Below the pieces are notes generated by a model. It searched no databases. It was not told where the DNA came from and saw only the letters and a program-made list of their open reading frames with translations. Source: Rebecca billardiae RCC1528 (Eukaryota > Protista > Haptophyta). From it: a DNA stretch of 64,000 nucleotides. Location: positions 2,170,001 through 2,234,000 of the forward strand of contig OZ251226.1 in assembly GCA_965240325.2 (NCBI GenBank). Reading direction: 5' to 3'. Position numbers and translations under genes: made by a program. Of the stretch, positions 61,255 through 64,000 are shown one piece after another; position 1 is the stretch's first letter; the number at the start of each line of letters is the position of its first letter.

Positions 61255-62487
61255 TCACGTCGCACTGGGACCGCTCAGCAGGCTGAGGAGCCCTTGCGCG
61301 CCTCCGTCGATGCCCGAGCACTCGAGCACCTCCCACACAGCACCGTCGAGCACGACGTAGGCGCTCGCGCCGGCAGCGGCGGCCGTCGCGGCGGCGTTGG
61401 GCGGCACGTCGCCGGCGAGCTGCCCGTCGATCGCCGCGCCGCTGGCCGCACTCGGCTCGTGCAGCGCCGCGCCCTCGCGCCACGGCTGCGTGGAGGAATC
61501 AATCCGCCAGCCGGCCGAGCGCAGGCCGTGCCCGCCGTCGAGGTCGAGCCAGTGCTCCGCCTCCGCGCGGTCCCCGCGCGCCACCGCGTCGTCCACGAGC
61601 GCGAAGAGCGTGCCAGACTTCGCGGCCGACGCGGCCGACGCCGCGCCCGCGCTGTCACGCCGCGCGCGCGCGCGCACGTACGAGAAGTGGTCGCCCACAA
61701 GCAACAGGAACGCGTCGCGCTCGGCGCCGAGCCGCCGCAGCGCGAGCACGCGGCCGACGCCGCCCTCGTCGCCGGCGATGCGCGCCCAGCGCTCCCAGTA
61801 GTAGCTCTGCCCGTGCTCGTCCGTAGCGTACGACCACTCCTTCCACTGCTGCGGCCGATCGTCCTCGCCGGCCGCGCCCGCGCCTGTCGCACCGGCGCTG
61901 GCCGCGCCGGCAGCAGGCATCAACTCCACACGCCACTTGTTTGGCCGCGGCCGCGGCGCGCCGATGTAGTTCCAGTCGATGGCGTGGTGCCGCGTGCACA
62001 CGAGCGGCGCACCGCCACCAGTGCTCCCGCCGGGCGCGGCCGCCGATGACGGCAGCGTGTAGCCGCAGAAGACGTGTTGACGCGCGAGTGCGCGCAGCTC
62101 ATCGTCCGAGCACTCGCCCAGGCTGCCGCGGTGCGCGAGGTCCGGGCGCGCGAGCGGGATGCGCAGGTCGATGAAGATGGAGGGCGTCTGCATGTTGTGC
62201 ACGCGCTCGTCCGCGTCCGTCGTGTGCTCCCACCCACCAACGAAGAGAGGGCGGCTCCACACGCCCACCAGCGACGAGCACACGCGTGCCTGGGCGCGCC
62301 ACGCTCGGAACTGCTCGCGTGTGGTGCCGTTGCGCAGGTGGTAGTGCGGCAGCTCGGTCTCGTCGAAAGGGAAGCCACGCTCAGGTGTGTACAGCGCTTC
62401 CGCCCGCCCGCCACCCGTGAGGATGCGCCCCTGCTGCGCGGACCAGCCCAGCACGCGCGTGGACATCAGCCGGCGTGACGCCATCAT
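61255..62487 (-). CDS. Hypothetical protein, possibly HRI1-like
   Basis: FIDLRIP, HHAIDWN and YWERWAR resemble HRI1-family motifs (from recall). Transit-peptide-like N-terminus. Confidence 0.55.
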   Translation of the reverse strand: MMASRRLMSTRVLGWSAQQGRILTGGGRAEALYTPERGFPFDETELPHYHLRNGTTREQFRAWRAQARVCSSLVGVWSRPLFVGGWEHTTDADERVHNMQTPSIFIDLRIPLARPDLAHRGSLGECSDDELRALARQHVFCGYTLPSSAAAPGGSTGGGAPLVCTRHHAIDWNYIGAPRPRPNKWRVELMPAAGAASAGATGAGAAGEDDRPQQWKEWSYATDEHGQSYYWERWARIAGDEGGVGRVLALRRLGAERDAFLLLVGDHFSYVRARARRDSAGAASAASAAKSGTLFALVDDAVARGDRAEAEHWLDLDGGHGLRSAGWRIDSSTQPWREGAALHEPSAASGAAIDGQLAGDVPPNAAATAAAAGASAYVVLDGAVWEVLECSGIDGGAQGLLSLLSGPSAT

Positions 62488-62854
62488 CGGTGATCGGGCA
62501 TTTACAGCGAGCGCCATCAGATCGCCGTCCGGCAGCGCATCTGCAGTTCTTCGTCCGGAGAACCCGCGAGCCCGCTCGCGGCCGCGTGCAGTCTGTAGCT
62601 AGTGCACAGCATCAGGCCTCAGAATAGCTTACTGTACGTACTGTCACTCAGATTCACAATCACATGGGAACGTTATGATCAAGTGACAACGTGTCTGAAC
62701 GCCCGCGCCAGTGACAGCCTGGCTGTCTGCTGATGACGTCTGCGCCCGCTGCCCGAGCAAGGGCTTCAGCACTGATGCTTAATGAGTAGCGTAGTCGCGC
62801 TTGGCAGCAGGACGTCTGGGCTCTGGCCCGTGGAGTGCCGCGTCAGCCGCCGAG

Positions 62855-64000
62855 TCAGCGTGATGCGCCGGCGAGCGCCGCCCACGGCGGCGGCGGCTCG
62901 TCGGGCGGCGGCACCTTCTTGGGGAAGTCGGCCCAGTACACGCGCGCCGCCTCGCCGACGACCTTGCGCACCGTGCCCGGCTCGACACCCGCGATGGCGG
63001 GCAGGCCGCCCGCGCCGCCCTCGCCTGGCGCGCCGTCGAGCGTGAGGACGACGATCGGCGGCCTCCGGCCCGGCGCCACGGCCTCGATCGCGGCGGTGAG
63101 CCGGGCCAGGTCGATCTGCGGGCCTGTGGGCGCGCGCGCGCCGCCCGCCGGCGTGGCGTCGGCGAGGACGGCGCGCACGGGCACGCGCGCGATCTGCTCA
63201 TCCTCCGCGCCGCTCGCGAGCGCGCGCGCGGTGCGCTCGCCCAGCTCCGTGGCGGTCGCCTCCAGCACCTGGTGGTGCACCATCGGCACGCGATTGTTGA
63301 ACCAGTTCTCGCGCACTTTCGGGCCGAAGATGGGGTGGCAGCACAGGCCGGGCGGGTGCCCCTCGGGCTGCGCGGCGCGGCACGGGCCCATCAGCGCGCC
63401 GACGCCGTTGTCGAACGGCCACGGCCAGCCGGGCGTCTGCCGGATGTTGTGGAAGCTTCCGGGAAACCGCGGGATCCACTGCGCGCGGCAGTCGACCAGG
63501 GGCTCGACGGCCGCGCGCCCGAGCTGCGCGCCGAGGACGGCCAGCCGGGTGCGGAGCAGGCCGTTCCACTCGATGAAGGCGCGCTTGCTGTGGATCGGCG
63601 TGTGCAGCGGCGGGCCCGAGATCGCGAGCAGCCTCGGCGCCGGGCCGCGCACCAGCGGCAGCAGCGAGGGGAGGATGGCCCCCATCGGGCGCGTGCCGCG
63701 CACGCGCTGCGCGACCTCTGCCGAGACATCGTCAGACTCATAGTGCCACCACGCGAGCGACTGCATCGCCTCGGCCTTGGAGAGGCAGCCGACGAAGTGC
63801 GTGATCATCGGCGGCGTGTTGATCCAGTGCCCGCTCCACCCGGCGATCTCGCCCGTCGCAGTGCCGTGCCACGTCGAGAGCGCAGGCGCCGTGAGCAGCG
63901 CGATCGTCTCGGCCGCGGGCGCGGGCGCACCCGGCAGCGAGGCGCCATCCCGGTCTGGCAGGATCGAGCCGCGGCCGGCGCGCGAGAGAGGCAGGTTGAG
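62855..64000 (-). CDS. 3' part of an unknown protein running off the window
   Basis: Frame is open from 64000 to the stop at 62855, with globular composition. Confidence 0.6.
   Translation of the reverse strand, partial: LNLPLSRAGRGSILPDRDGASLPGAPAPAAETIALLTAPALSTWHGTATGEIAGWSGHWINTPPMITHFVGCLSKAEAMQSLAWWHYESDDVSAEVAQRVRGTRPMGAILPSLLPLVRGPAPRLLAISGPPLHTPIHSKRAFIEWNGLLRTRLAVLGAQLGRAAVEPLVDCRAQWIPRFPGSFHNIRQTPGWPWPFDNGVGALMGPCRAAQPEGHPPGLCCHPIFGPKVRENWFNNRVPMVHHQVLEATATELGERTARALASGAEDEQIARVPVRAVLADATPAGGARAPTGPQIDLARLTAAIEAVAPGRRPPIVVLTLDGAPGEGGAGGLPAIAGVEPGTVRKVVGEAARVYWADFPKKVPPPDEPPPPWAALAGASR

Overview
This is a very GC-rich, gene-dense eukaryotic window with few, short GT-AG introns. A signal peptide plus transit-peptide-like N-terminus suggests an alga with a complex plastid, possibly a haptophyte (inference only). 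Host genes include a rhodanese-methyltransferase, glycosyltransferases, a SulP transporter, a DP transcription factor, an MFS sugar porter, SAP18, a BART-START protein, a bile acid:Na+ symporter, an NAD(P)-binding protein, a kinesin and a mitochondrial carrier. About half the window is mobile DNA. (1) The headline feature is an apparently intact 16,025-bp endogenous Polinton-like virus (40127-56151) with 282-bp TIRs. It encodes a protein-primed PolB, packaging ATPase, major and minor capsid proteins, lipase, LamG fibre-like protein and GIY-YIG-like nuclease. I find no integrase or recombinase. It sits inside a kinesin gene with no conventional target-site duplication, and removing it restores the kinesin frame exactly. 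(2) A young Ty1/copia element (5877-12894) has TG...TA LTRs, a non-canonical PBS and a probable -1 frameshift between protease and integrase. (3) Two families of non-autonomous elements (four copies) share an asymmetric-TIR plus terminal-hairpin, Helentron-like end structure. (4) A foldback element with a TAA duplication sits between two divergent genes. A hairpin-dense intergenic region (25829-26769) is a candidate structured RNA. All family assignments come from motif recognition by eye, not from database searches.
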